From positions 21,765,188 through 21,829,187 of the forward strand of contig NC_068985.1 of the NCBI RefSeq assembly GCF_001194135.2: a stretch of DNA of 64,000 nucleotides. The letters are read 5' to 3'. The notes below the pieces were generated by a model, which was not told where the DNA came from, made no database searches, and saw only the letters and a list, made by a program, of their open reading frames with translations. The position numbers and the translations under genes were made by a program. Below, in pieces: positions 11,446-22,339 of this stretch (position 1 is the stretch's first letter; each line of letters starts with the position of its first letter). The stretch comes from Octopus bimaculoides (lineage: Eukaryota).

Positions 11446-11689
11446 GTGAGTATGTTTAATGTCATTTAAAAAAAAATATGATTCGAATCAGCTATTAGTA
11501 AATGTTACTACAATTACAAAAGTAGTATGCAATGTTGAAATACTGATTAGATAAAGTAAAATATAAATTGCTGCTGGTTATATGAAACTGAAGGATACTG
11601 GACACCAAACATGTGAGAAATACTGAAAAGAAAACCCACCCCACTCATATCAGCATTAAAAAAAAAGTGTTAAAGTTATGATAAGAAGA

Positions 11690-11940
11690 AGTGTTTCCTT
11701 CTCAAGCCATGCCAGGCTCATAAAGTCTATTTTCTTGGTTTCAGTGGCATATAAATTCCCCACCTGCATGGGATGCTGATCCATCACAGGGTTACTCATT
11801 TTTGCCGGCTGAGTGGACTGGAGCAATGTGACATGAAGTGCTTTGCTCAAGAACACAACGCATCGCCCGGTCCAGGAATTGAAACCATAATCTTATGATC
11901 ATGAGTCCAACACCCTAACCACTAAGCCACGTGCCTCCAC
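11690..11940 (-). mobile_element. tRNA-derived SINE with CORE/V-like central domain
   Basis: Head GGCTTAGTGGTTAGGGTGTTGGACTC...GTTTCAATTCC; CTCCAGTCCACTCAGC and CCCTGTGATGGA motifs. Confidence 0.75.
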
Positions 11941-12102
11941 AAAGTTATGATAATGATGATAATAATGTTTATCGTTATAATTATGCTGCTGCAGCATAAT
12001 TTATTCAGAGATGTTTTCGAAGTAATACTCAACAAATGAGCAAGAGAAATCCAAGAGAATGTCCACCATAGATATGATTATGTGACTTACAAGCATCTAG
12101 TT

Positions 12103-12785
12103 TAACACTTCCCCACCCCTTGGCAATCTTGCACATGCTCCCACATGCTGTATCAAGAAGTTACGGTGATGATGCAGAGCCAGTTGGGGTACGTTGTACA
12201 TGAAGCTGTGGCTGTAATGCAGAGCTGATTGAGGTACATGTTGTATATGAAGTTGTGGCTGTAATGCTGCTGCCTGGGTCACTTGGTACGGGAGTTCTCG
12301 CAGGTTGTATATTCGCTGTTAACCATGGTGAAGTAATTCACGAACAGTGCTATGTTAGAACCTGTGCAGTGTTGCTTGTTGCTGTGTACGTAGAGAGATG
12401 ATGTTGATGTTAGGACAAATGGTGGCGACGGAGATGGAGGTCGTTGAATGCTGTTGGACGAAATTGATGAGTCTCCATGTGGTTACTGTTGTGTTGTCCC
12501 TGGAACTTGCTGCATCCTGTGTGGTCAGTGGCTAGACCTTAAAAGGTCTGGGACCAAAGACATCATGATGATGTAAAGCTGGAGTTTTATAGGGAGCAGT
12601 CGGCTCAAACTAGGGTTGAGAACAGACTGTCTCACATGACCTTATTTGAAGGCTGCGATTGGTTGGGTTGCATATTGGCATGCGATAGAGCAAGAGACAA
12701 TTGTGCCAATACCAACCAATCAGAGTAGTGGACACAACAGGGTCCAAAATGCGGCCAAAGGCTAGCTGTTCTCTACTACGTTCAT
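12103..12785 (-). mobile_element. Internally deleted LTR-retrotransposon-like element
   Basis: On minus strand: CCAAT/TATAAAA-containing LTR-like 5' part, CA-TGG (PBS-like), tandem ~45-nt repeats, PPT AGGGGTGGGGAAG followed by TGTTA. Confidence 0.4.
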
Positions 12786-12914
12786 ATGTATGTATGTATA
12801 TATAACAGAGAGGAGAGGAATTTCCTTCAAGTGTACGCTACATATCCATTTTATTGTTTCAAATATTCTAAATTATGTAAAATTTATTTAACTTCTTTTT
12901 ATCTCTCTTATAAG

Positions 12915-13027
12915 CTCCCTCCTGGTTTGCTTTACCTACATGATGGGGATTATTCTCAGAAAAAGAGACTTTCATCCTGCAGTCCATTAGAAAACAAGGA
13001 TTCTGTTCTGTCTCGAAGAAAGCAAAG
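12915..13027 (+). CDS. PLAT-domain gene exon 3 (LPPGLLYLHDGDYSQKKRLSSCSPLENKDSVLSRRKQ)
   Basis: Acceptor TATAAG after a pyrimidine tract, donor AG|GTAAAA, phase 0-2. Confidence 0.65.
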
Positions 13028-13399
13028 GTAAAATTTAATAAACAGAGGAAAAGTATTATTCTTGCAATTGTTCATTTATGTAATGAAATGCCATCAAGGA
13101 TGAGGATTAGGGGTAATTTTACTCAACTAAAACCTCCATGCTTCCTGAAATTCGCCAACACTACACCTGATATCCCCACCTCCATATACGCATGTACACA
13201 TGTAGATCATGACTCATACACTGTTCACTTTCCTGATTTTTGTACATAATTCTATGTACTGTACATGCACCTTTGATGAGATGTAGTGCTTGTTATTATT
13301 TCAAAATGTCTGGTTTTAACATTTGTATAGCAAATGTTGCTGTGTTTACAAAATGGAATTGTGCTTCTTTTCGTAGGTCTCATTATTAGTGACAGGACT

Positions 13400-13790
13400 A
13401 AGTGGCGAGCTGGCAGAATTGTTAGCATGCTGGGCAAAATGCTTAACAGCATTTCGTCTGCCACTACGGTTCTGAGTTCAAATTCCGCCGAGGTCGACTT
13501 TGCCTTTCATCCTTTCGGGGTCGATTAAATAAGTACCAGTTACGCACTGGAGTTGATGTAATCGACTTAATCCCTTTGTCTGTCCTTGTTTGTCCCCTCT
13601 ATGTTTAGCCCCTTTGTGGGCAGTAAAGAAATAAGCATTTCATCTGTCTTTACATTCAGAGTTCAAATTCTGCAGAGGTCGACTTTGCCTTTTATCCTTT
13701 TAGGTCGATAAAATAAGTACCAGTTGAACACTGGGGTCAATGTAGTCCCTCCCACGAAATTGCTGGCCTTGTGCCAAAATTTGAAATCAT
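13400..13790 (+). mobile_element. SINE family B, full copy plus partial second copy
   Basis: GGCGAGCTGGCAGAAT...GTTCAAATTCCGCCGAGGTCGACTTTGCC head; many homologs in the window. Confidence 0.9.
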
Positions 13791-13974
13791 TATATGTGAC
13801 AAGACTTGCATCTGTTTTCTGTTTACAAGGCATAAAGAGTAAGGAAACAGGTAGGAGCTCCTTAAAAATCAATGCTATTTGTCAGTGTCATTGAATTCAA
13901 AACTTTTTGTTTTATTTGTTTGAATATCATTGCTGTCATCATTGTCATTGCCATCGACATCACCACTACTGCCA

Positions 13975-14320
13975 CCATCATCATAGTCATTTAATATCCA
14001 CCTTCAATGCTGGCAAGCCAGAGGACTGCACAGGCTCTTCTCTCTGCTTTGGCATAGTTTCTACAGCTGAATGCCATTCCTACTGCCAACCACTTTGCAA
14101 AGTGTACTGCGTATTTTCTACATGGCACCAAGAACTGGCAAGGTCACCAAGTAATATGCAAGTCAAAGAAAAAGATCCCTCAGTGGATGGAGGGGTTATA
14201 TCAAGAGAGTTGGCTTTGTGTCAGGTTATGAGAGGTTAAGCCTTGATAGAGGAACAGAAACAGATGTCTTGCTGTAGAGGAGATATGTGGTTTCCAGTAG
14301 GACTAAGGCTTGACAAATGT
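13975..14320 (-). mobile_element. Degenerate RTE 3'UTR (family C long form)
   Basis: Shares AGAAACAGATGTCTTGCTGTAGAGGAG with the copies at 26.5 kb and 57 kb. Confidence 0.6.
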
Positions 14321-14964
14321 TTGCTGTTTTGTACATTCTTGAGTCATAAGTTTTTCTTCACACAAAAGAAGTTTCATTTTTATCAAACAAAACTGATTTA
14401 ATTTTGATTTCATTTAGAATTCCGTTAACAGAATCTTTGTATTTATATTATTACATAAAACCTTTCCTAGCAGAACTATCATCATCAAATACAAACAGTG
14501 GGATGGATAGAGTGTGTGCCACCTGGGGCAACCATTGAGTTTGCTCCCCACCCGTCTTGCTCCCTATACTCTTAAACAGCAGGCCCAAAAGTGCCATGTC
14601 CATAAAAGTATCACCTGTGTACAGATCAACCCCCTTGCCCTGCCCTAACTGTGTTACTGAACACAAAGAAAGAATATGTGTGTGTGTGTGAGTGAGTGTG
14701 TAGAAGGTTGAAAAGGAACACACAAGTTGATATGTATAAGGAAAATAAGACAAGGTAGAAAATGCTAAAATAATTTTATTGTGAAGAACATTTTAGTACT
14801 GGTTTCAGTTTTTGCAACTTTTTCAACTTAGAGTAAAGCATGAAAAACAATTAAATTGTGGAAAAATTTAATGAAATGTTTTTTTAAAGTATTTCCATAG
14901 TTTTCAAATGTAAGGGACATTTTCCTGCTTTCTGTCTGTCTCTGACTCTCTTTTTTACTCATGT

Positions 14965-14974
14965 NNNNNNNNNN
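14965..14974. other. Assembly gap (10 N) flanked by a ~160-bp inverted duplication
   Basis: N run; 14727-14890 is nearly the reverse complement of 14976-15132. Confidence 0.95.
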
Positions 14975-15129
14975 TTTTAAATATTTCATTTAATTTTTCC
15001 ACAATTTAATTGTTTTTCATGCTTTACTCTAAGTTGAACAAGTTGCAAAAACTGAAACCAGTACTAAAATGTTCTTCACAATAAAATTATTTTAGCATTT
15101 TCTACCTTGTCTTATTTTCCTTATATACA

Positions 15130-15600
15130 TATCATCATCATCATCGTTTAACGTCCTATCACTAATAGTGAGACCTATGGGTTGGATGATTTGACTGAGG
15201 ACTGGCAAACCAGATAGCTGCACCAGGCTCTAATCTGATCTGTCAGAGTTTCTACAGCTGGATGCCCTTCCTAATGCCAACCACTCCGAGAGTGTAGTGG
15301 GTGCTTTTACATGCCACCGGCACGAGGGCCAGTCAGGCAGTATTGGCAACAGCCACGCTCAAATGGTGTGTTTTATGCACCACCTGCACCGGAGCCAGTC
15401 CAGCAGCACTGGCAACGACATCGCTCGAATGTTTTTTCATGTGCCACCAGCACAAGTGCCAATAAGGCGACGCTGGTAACGATCACGCTCAAATGGTGCT
15501 TTTTATGTGCCACCGGCACGGAAGTGAGACAGCTGCTCTGGCAATGATCACGCTCGGCTGGTGTTGTTAGCGCTCCACTGGTATGGGTGCCAGCCATCGA
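15130..15600 (-). mobile_element. Family C repeat with about four ~60-bp tandem units
   Basis: Homologous to 3700-4270. Confidence 0.85.
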
Positions 15601-15778
15601 ATTTGTAGTCTTAACCCCAAAAATAGATGAAATGGTCATGGATGGAGTGATTTCAATCATAGTTTTGTTCAGTTAAGGTTCATCTAGGGTTAAGAAATTT
15701 TTTTGTAAGCAAAAAATGTTCTCTTCATCTGTTCGTTTACATGTTTTTTTAATTTTTTTTACTTTTAGATATCCAAAT

Positions 15779-15782
15779 ATTC
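15779..15782 (+). CDS. Start of a PLAT-gene exon (R-YPNI...) truncated by an assembly gap
   Basis: Strong acceptor TTTTTTTTACTTTTAG; a phase-2 entry matches exon 3; the phase-0 exit needed for exon 18668 must lie in or after the gap. Confidence 0.45.
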
Positions 15783-16196
15783 NNNNNNNNNNNNNNNNNN
15801 NNNNNNNNNNNNNNNNNNNNNNNNNNNNNNNNNNNNNNNNNNNNNNNNNNNNNNNNNNNNNNNNNNNNNNNNNNNNNNNNNNNNNNNNNNNNNNNNNNNN
15901 NNNNNNNNNNNNNNNNNNNNNNNNNNNNNNNNNNNNNNNNNNNNNNNNNNNNNNNNNNNNNNNNNNNNNNNNNNNNNNNNNNNNNNNNNNNNNNNNNNNN
16001 NNNNNNNNNNNNNNNNNNNNNNNNNNNNNNNNNNNNNNNNNNNNNNNNNNNNNNNNNNNNNNNNNNNNNNNNNNNNNNNNNNNNNNNNNNNNNNNNNNNN
16101 NNNNNNNNNNNNNNNNNNNNNNNNNNNNNNNNNNNNNNNNNNNNNNNNNNNNNNNNNNNNNNNNNNNNNNNNNNNNNNNNNNNNNNNNNNNNNNNN
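15783..16196. other. Assembly gap
   Basis: N run. Confidence 1.
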
Positions 16197-16249
16197 TTGA
16201 AAGCCAACAAACAGAGTTTGCTTTAGAAGCATTGAGATGTATTGAAAGA

Positions 16250-16388
16250 TACAGATAAGGAAATAATTTTATTCTCAAACGCAGGATAATGCTAATAATA
16301 GCATGAACAGGATAAATAATAATATTGTTTTGCTATATTCTTAGCACTATCCTGCATTTGAGAATAAAATTATTTCCTTATCTGTGTA
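16250..16388. mobile_element. MITE-like element with ~50-bp terminal inverted repeats
   Basis: TACAGATAAGGAAATAATTTTATTCTCAAACGCAGGATA... pairs with ...TATCCTGCATTTGAGAATAAAATTATTTCCTTATCTGTGTA; TA ends. Confidence 0.75.
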
Positions 16389-16389
16389 T

Positions 16390-16700
16390 ATTGTTGTTGT
16401 CATCCTTTTGTCTCGGAAGACATTGGAGTTGCGCATAAACTAATCCAGTCTGGTTTTTACATCCATGTCCTCTCCAGTTTCCTCTCCAGTTTTGCGCAGG
16501 CCTGGGCTAGATGTAAGAAGTGAGCCATGTGATCCCACAACATAATCAGCTGCAGTGGAAGTCATAGATTACTCATTTCCAGTTCTCATCACTGGATCCT
16601 ATTTGACAATGATATTGTGGCTTGGTTAGCTGAGAGCTGGAAATTTGTTCAAGCTGTGCATCATTTCCCACATAAAACCAACCATAATATTCAGTTTTAA
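16390..16700 (-). mobile_element. Old RTE-like LINE 3' end
   Basis: CKNQTGLVY remnant of the C-terminal zinc-finger-like motif; tail GTCTTCCGAGACAAAAGGATGACAACAACAA. Confidence 0.4.
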
Positions 16701-16739
16701 TGAATCATATTTATTTCCTTGTTGACATTACAAATGTTA

Positions 16740-17180
16740 ATTGCTAAAGACTGTTGTGCTTAATATCAGTAGCTAGTGTGTGAAAATGTATGGTTAGAGG
16801 AAAAAATAAAAGTCTTCATGCTTGTTGAGATGGTCAAAGTGACATGACTACCTGTTGGCCAAGAAAACTTCTACCACCCTCTGCCAGTGCTTGCTCTTCT
16901 CCTTCTAGTTTGTATTTCATGTGCATGCCAATTTATAACCATCATTTGGGATGAAACCATATAAAATTTATAATTGTTCTTAACACCCACACAAATGCTC
17001 CAGAGCAGTGATTTGCTAAGATGTGGGTTAAGATCTCTTGATATGTTATGGCTATCCTTTGTTACTGAGCTGATGTGATTTTGAATGTTATGTACCATTA
17101 CAAGATCAACTGCTTCCTTCCGGAATATCCAAGTAAGATTTTGGTTGTATTTGTGAAGGCAATCTTTGACATGTATCATA
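16740..17180 (-). mobile_element. Degenerate Tc1/mariner-like transposase fragment
   Basis: SHNISRDLNPHLSKSLLWSI...YKFYMV resembles the S.R.IA..LN..S.STVWRIL...YK..MV helix-turn-helix region. Confidence 0.35.
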
Positions 17181-17191
17181 TATTCATTGTT

Positions 17192-17414
17192 TTCTCTTTT
17201 ACTCTTTTACTTGTTTCAGTCATTTGACTGCGGCCATGCTGGAGCACCACCTTTTGACAAGCAAATCGACCCCAGGACTTATTCTTTGGAAGCCTAGTAC
17301 TTATTCTATCGGTCTCTTTTGCCGAACCGCTAAGTTACGGGGACATAAACACACCAGCATCGGTTGTCAAGCGATGTTGGGGAGACAAACACAGACACAC
17401 AAACATATACACAC

Positions 17415-17463
<49 letters not shown>
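17192..17463 (-). mobile_element. SINE family A, 3' part (young copy)
   Basis: Close to the consensus of the other copies; runs into (TA)n and a gap. Confidence 0.85.
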
Positions 17464-18147
17464 NNNNNNNNNNNNNNNNNNNNNNNNNNNNNNNNNNNNN
17501 NNNNNNNNNNNNNNNNNNNNNNNNNNNNNNNNNNNNNNNNNNNNNNNNNNNNNNNNNNNNNNNNNNNNNNNNNNNNNNNNNNNNNNNNNNNNNNNNNNNN
17601 NNNNNNNNNNNNNNNNNNNNNNNNNNNNNNNNNNNNNNNNNNNNNNNNNNNNNNNNNNNNNNNNNNNNNNNNNNNNNNNNNNNNNNNNNNNNNNNNNNNN
17701 NNNNNNNNNNNNNNNNNNNNNNNNNNNNNNNNNNNNNNNNNNNNNNNNNNNNNNNNNNNNNNNNNNNNNNNNNNNNNNNNNNNNNNNNNNNNNNNNNNNN
17801 NNNNNNNNNNNNNNNNNNNNNNNNNNNNNNNNNNNNNNNNNNNNNNNNNNNNNNNNNNNNNNNNNNNNNNNNNNNNNNNNNNNNNNNNNNNNNNNNNNNN
17901 NNNNNNNNNNNNNNNNNNNNNNNNNNNNNNNNNNNNNNNNNNNNNNNNNNNNNNNNNNNNNNNNNNNNNNNNNNNNNNNNNNNNNNNNNNNNNNNNNNNN
18001 NNNNNNNNNNNNNNNNNNNNNNNNNNNNNNNNNNNNNNNNNNNNNNNNNNNNNNNNNNNNNNNNNNNNNNNNNNNNNNNNNNNNNNNNNNNNNNNNNNNN
18101 NNNNNNNNNNNNNNNNNNNNNNNNNNNNNNNNNNNNNNNNNNNNNNC
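17464..18147. other. Assembly gap
   Basis: N run. Confidence 1.
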
Positions 18148-18322
18148 AACAACAACAACAACAACAACAAGCACCCACTACACTCTCGGAGTGGTTGGTG
18201 TTAGGAAGGGCATCCAGCTGTAGAAACCTTGCTAGATCAGATTGGAACCTGGTGCAATCCTCAGTCAAACCATCCAACCCATGCCAGCATGGAAAGCGGA
18301 TGTTAAATGATGATGATGATGG

Positions 18323-18353
<31 letters not shown>

Positions 18354-18380
18354 GATGATGATGATGACTATAGGCACAAG
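18148..18380 (+). mobile_element. Family C repeat with long (GAT)n tail
   Basis: GCACCCACTACACTCTCGGAGTGG...GGAAAGCGGATGTTAAATGATGATG. Confidence 0.85.
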
Positions 18381-18384
18381 GCCT

Positions 18385-18595
18385 GAAATTTGTGGGGTGG
18401 GGACTAGTTGATTACATCAATCCCAGTGTTTAACTGGTACTTAATTTACCAACCCTGAAACGACGGAAGGCAAAGACACCCTCAGTGGAATTTGAACTCA
18501 GAACATAGTAACAGTCAAAATACTGCTAACTAAGCATACTGCTAACTAAGCATACTGCTCGGTGTGCTAACAATCCTGCCAGTTTGCCACCTTAA
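18385..18595 (-). mobile_element. SINE family B with an internal 16-bp tandem duplication
   Basis: Reverse homolog of 13400-13635; TACTGCTAACTAAGCA x2. Confidence 0.75.
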
Positions 18596-18667
18596 CACCA
18601 ACAAAATAATAATATGAGAAAGTGATTTTTTTTGTTTATTGATTAATTCTGTTTTATTTTTGTCTAG

Positions 18668-18733
18668 GGTTGTTATGATGGTTCTGGCCTTCAGCAAGCA
18701 AACAGAAATAAACTGTTGCCGTGTATTCAAAAG
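18668..18733 (+). CDS. PLAT-domain gene exon (GCYDGSGLQQANRNKLLPCIQK)
   Basis: TTTTTGTCTAG acceptor, AAG|GTAAGT donor, 66 nt; phase 0-0 required by the next exon. Confidence 0.7.
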
Positions 18734-18837
18734 GTAAGTGGTCAGTCGGTTTCACTTCCTGTCTTTGTTCTGAAAAGCTGAGTGAGTTAGCTTTATTTAC
18801 CTTTGCTCCAATCACCATGGACATTTTCCTGATATTT

Positions 18838-19220
18838 GTTGACACTCTGTCGCTTACGACGTCGAGGGTTCCAGTTGATCCGATCAACGGAACAGCCTGC
18901 TTGTGAAATTAACGTGCAAGTGGCTGAGCACTTCACAGACACGTGTACCCTTAACGTAGTTTTAAGGGATATTCAGTGTGACACAGTGTGACAAGGCTGG
19001 CCCTTTGAATTACAGGTACAACAGAAACAGGAAGTAAGAGCGAGAGAAAGTTGTGGTGGAAGAGTACAGCATGGTTCGCGACCATCCCCTGCCGGAGCCT
19101 TGTGGAACTTTAGGTGTTTTCGCTCAATAAACACACACAACACCCGGTCTGGGAATCGAAACTGCGATCCTATGACCACGAGTCCGCTACCCTAACCACT
19201 GGACCATTGCGCTTCCACTT
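18838..19220 (-). mobile_element. tRNA-derived SINE (octopus OR-type, tRNA-Arg-like head)
   Basis: Head GCGCAATGGTCCAGTGGTTAGGGTAGCGGACTC...GTTTCGATTCCCAGACCGG; tail CCGTTGATCGGATCAACTGGAACCCTCG...CAACAA. Confidence 0.8.
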
Positions 19221-19559
19221 TCCTGGTATATATAGTAAGTAAATAAACCCCAGAATGTTACACTTGTCTTTACTCAAAGACTAATAATACAATAATATGC
19301 TTCCTTGTTGAAAGCCAGAATGAAAATTGGTGGTTCTAGGACAACTGCCTCCTGACAACTTCTCTCTTGATCATTTGGTGGTGATGATGATGATGATGAT
19401 GAATGATGAATGATTAATAATTGTCAGAGTGCAATTATCTGTTGGCAGCTGTCCAAAGATACAATTGTCCCTGACATCCAGTACTGAACTTGTTGGTCAC
19501 CCCACCAAATATTTGAATCTGTGCCATAGGTTGGTCAAATAGAGCTGTTTAGCATTGTT

Positions 19560-19750
19560 TTATTTTATAGTTCGAAGATGAAGAGAGACAGGTGTAAAAT
19601 TTACTGCCCCTTTTAAACTGATAAGGTCAATGTAATTGACATTCAGTATGAACTTCTGTAGATTGATGCCAGTAGGGGAAACGTAGGTAGAAGGACAGTT
19701 CCAGAAGACTGAAATTCTGAGGAGGAATGATTGATCAAAATGTTGAAAGC
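19560..19750 (-). mobile_element. CR1/L2-group LINE 3' fragment
   Basis: SFLLRISVFWNCPSTYVSPTGINLQKFILNVN resembles the SFF.RT..LWN.LP...F...NL..FK C-terminal motif. Confidence 0.55.
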
Positions 19751-19799
19751 TGGGTTTGCAGAATGGGAAACAATATAAATAACAAGTAGAGGAGTTTTC

Positions 19800-19990
19800 A
19801 TTGTTTAACCATAGGTTAGCCCTAACTGAGCAGGTTTATGATCAAAAGCATTCCAACTATGACCTCCTCTCCTTTTACATATAGAAAACATCCAATATAC
19901 CCCTTCCTAAGATATGATATTTGAGGGAGAATAAACTGCTGCTTCTAGCAAGCCAAGCAACTATGTATAGAGGCTCCCTCGTTGGCTCAA
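19800..19990 (-). mobile_element. SINE family D
   Basis: Reverse homolog of 5745-6332. Confidence 0.65.
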
Positions 19991-20449
19991 ATTGTAGAGA
20001 GGATGTTGTTGTTGCTTCACTACATGTCTCATGGTTTTTGGAATTACATAAAGCATGTTGATGAGTTACAGTTAATGTTAAAATTGCATTATTTAAGAAT
20101 TTAGTTGTAGTGTTGGCACTAAAACTGTTATATAAATAATGGAATGTTTATCTAAGAAATTCGTTGTTCTCGAATCGTCTAATGTCGTCATAGTTACTTT
20201 TTACTTCTTTTTTCAACTGTTTTTTAGACCAATTTTTTTTCTTCACTCAGTTTCTTTTTTTGCATTTTAAGTCTATTACCTTCCTATTTCTTCTTTGATA
20301 TTTGTCTTCTTTTATCAATTAATCATTTGCTTTTCTGGTTTACATCTTCTGTTTTATTTTTGTTTAATCTTGTGTATGTCTAATACTTATTTGCTTCTAA
20401 TACATATTTATTTCAATATTGTAATATTTTTTTTCATGATTGTTTTCAG

Positions 20450-20500
20450 AAAAATAGTAATTTGCTGAATATACATCAAAGAATGCAACATTTTTATGAG
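20450..20500 (+). CDS. PLAT-domain gene exon (KNSNLLNIHQRMQHFYE)
   Basis: TTGTTTTCAG acceptor, GAG|GTGTGT donor, 51 nt, phase 0-0. Confidence 0.7.
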
Positions 20501-20519
20501 GTGTGTATAAAGTTTCTAC

Positions 20520-20800
20520 ATATCCGAGCATGGCCAATGCCAGTGCTGCCTGACTGGCTCCTGTGCCGGTGGCATGTAAAAAGCACTATTTGAACATGGT
20601 TGTTACCAGAACCACCTGACTGGCCCTGGTGCCAGTGGCATGTAAAAAGCACCCACTACTCCATTAGGAAGGGCATCCAGCTGTAGAAACCTTGCCAGAA
20701 CAGATTGGAGCCTGGTGCAGCCTCCTGGCTTGCCAGTCCTCAGTCAAACCGTCCAATCCATGCCAGCATGGAAAGTAGACATTAAACGATGATGATGATT
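20520..20800 (+). mobile_element. Family C repeat
   Basis: Conserved 3' tail ending AAACGATGATGATG. Confidence 0.8.
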
Positions 20801-20884
20801 CCTAGTTATGATTTGGAATGTGCAAGCAAGAAAGCAAAATTTTCTGTAATTTGGAGTGAAAAATCGAAATTATAAATATACAGA

Positions 20885-21310
20885 TACAGGCATGGCTGAG
20901 TGGTTAAGATGATTGCTTTGCAACTATGTTTCAGGTTCAGTCCCACTGTGCAGCACCTTGGGCAAGTGTCTTCTATTATAGCCCTGGCTGACTAATGTCT
21001 TGTGAATGAATTTTGTAAACAGAAACTGTGTGGAAGCCTATTGTGTATGTGTATGTATGTGTGTGTGTGCATGTATGTGTGTATGAACATATGTATATGT
21101 ATATATGTGTGTGCGTTTGTGTTTGTAGCTCCACCACTTGACAAATGATGTTGGTTTGTGTACGTCCATGTTTCTCATCGGTTCAGCAAAAGAGCTGATA
21201 GAATAAATACTAGACTTAAAAAAATAAGTACTGGGGTCAATTTGTTCAACTGAACTCTTCAAGGCAGTGCCCCAGCATGGCCATGTCCGATGATGGAAAC
21301 AAGTAAAATG
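20885..21310 (+). mobile_element. SINE family A
   Basis: Full-length homolog. Confidence 0.8.
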
Positions 21311-22042
21311 TAAAATATACGAACAAAAGCAAATATCAATTATGATACTCACTTGTAACTGATTTCTGAAGCTTTTAATTTTCTGTTGAGGATTTTGAGT
21401 AAATATTGTAAAAACACCAACTATCATCAAAGAGTTACAACTCCAATAATTAGCTAGGTGCAGGCATGGCTTCTCAATCACCTGGTTTCATGTTCAGTCC
21501 CATTGTGTGGCACCTTGAGCAAATGTCTTTTCCTTAGCCCTGGGCCAACTAAAGTCTTATAAGTGAAAATTTAGTAGATGGAAACTGAAAGAAGCTTGTT
21601 CCATGCATTCATTCATTCATTCATTCATATATACATACATGGAGGTATGTGTGTGCATGTATTGTGTGTGTATATGTGAGTTTTGAGCAGTGATGTCATT
21701 TCTCCCTGTCAACAAACCATCTGCTGGCTTTGTGCCTTCGAAGATGTGTGGAGATCCCTTACTTGAAAAATATGAAGAGCATCCAACTGTAAAACAATGC
21801 CTCAGTAGTATATTCATCTAACTCATGTTAACAAAGAAAAACAGAAGTAAAAATGAGTGAATAAACACTAAGATGGAGTCAAATAAGCTCTTAAATTTCG
21901 ATAATGCTGAAAAAGCAGATGCATGGCTAATACACTAATGATTCTGTCACCTCGCTGCTTTACATATTTATATATTGAAAAGAAAAAGCTTGCAATTTAA
22001 TTTATGTTTGTGAAACATGAATATACAATTTCTGTTTAACAG

Positions 22043-22110
22043 GATTCCAGTGGAGAGGAAGAAAGCTATTCTGAAAAAGAATATGAGTCAAATGAACAAA
22101 GAGAAAACAT
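22043..22110 (+). CDS. PLAT-domain gene exon (DSSGEEESYSEKEYESNEQREN)
   Basis: TTTAACAG acceptor, GTAGGT donor, phase 0-2. Confidence 0.75.
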
Positions 22111-22339
22111 GTAGGTGTCATACTTATTTAACTTATTGAAAAAAATAATGAGCAACTAAATAGTTAACTACATATATAAAATTACATATCAGATTTACAG
22201 GTATTATATTTTTGTTTATATTACAACAGAGGATATTTGGTTAAGATGAGTTTGCTTATGTCACGATGACATGAGCAAATGTTTGTATGCATATAATATT
22301 GGAGAGAAAAAAATGTATTGGTGATGTGAATAAGGCATG

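Noticed and set aside
13830-13850. 21-nt micro-exon with good AG/GT sites
   Set aside because: Stop codon in the phase required by exon 3
14727-15132. 160-bp inverted duplication as a biological foldback
   Set aside because: Centred on a 10-N contig join with nearly identical arms; probably an assembly artefact until long reads show otherwise
15673-18386. Long ORFs of 150-340 aa
   Set aside because: Open only because they run through N gaps
19140-19220. tRNA genes at SINE heads (also 11880-11940 and family A/B heads)
   Set aside because: A/B boxes are present but there is no acceptor stem, and each continues into a SINE body
21691-21790. Protein-like frame MSFLPVNKPSAGFVPSKMCGDPLLEKYEEHPT
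   Set aside because: Phase 1-0 does not fit between the phase-0 exons 20500 and 22043; weak splice sites; possibly a SINE remnant
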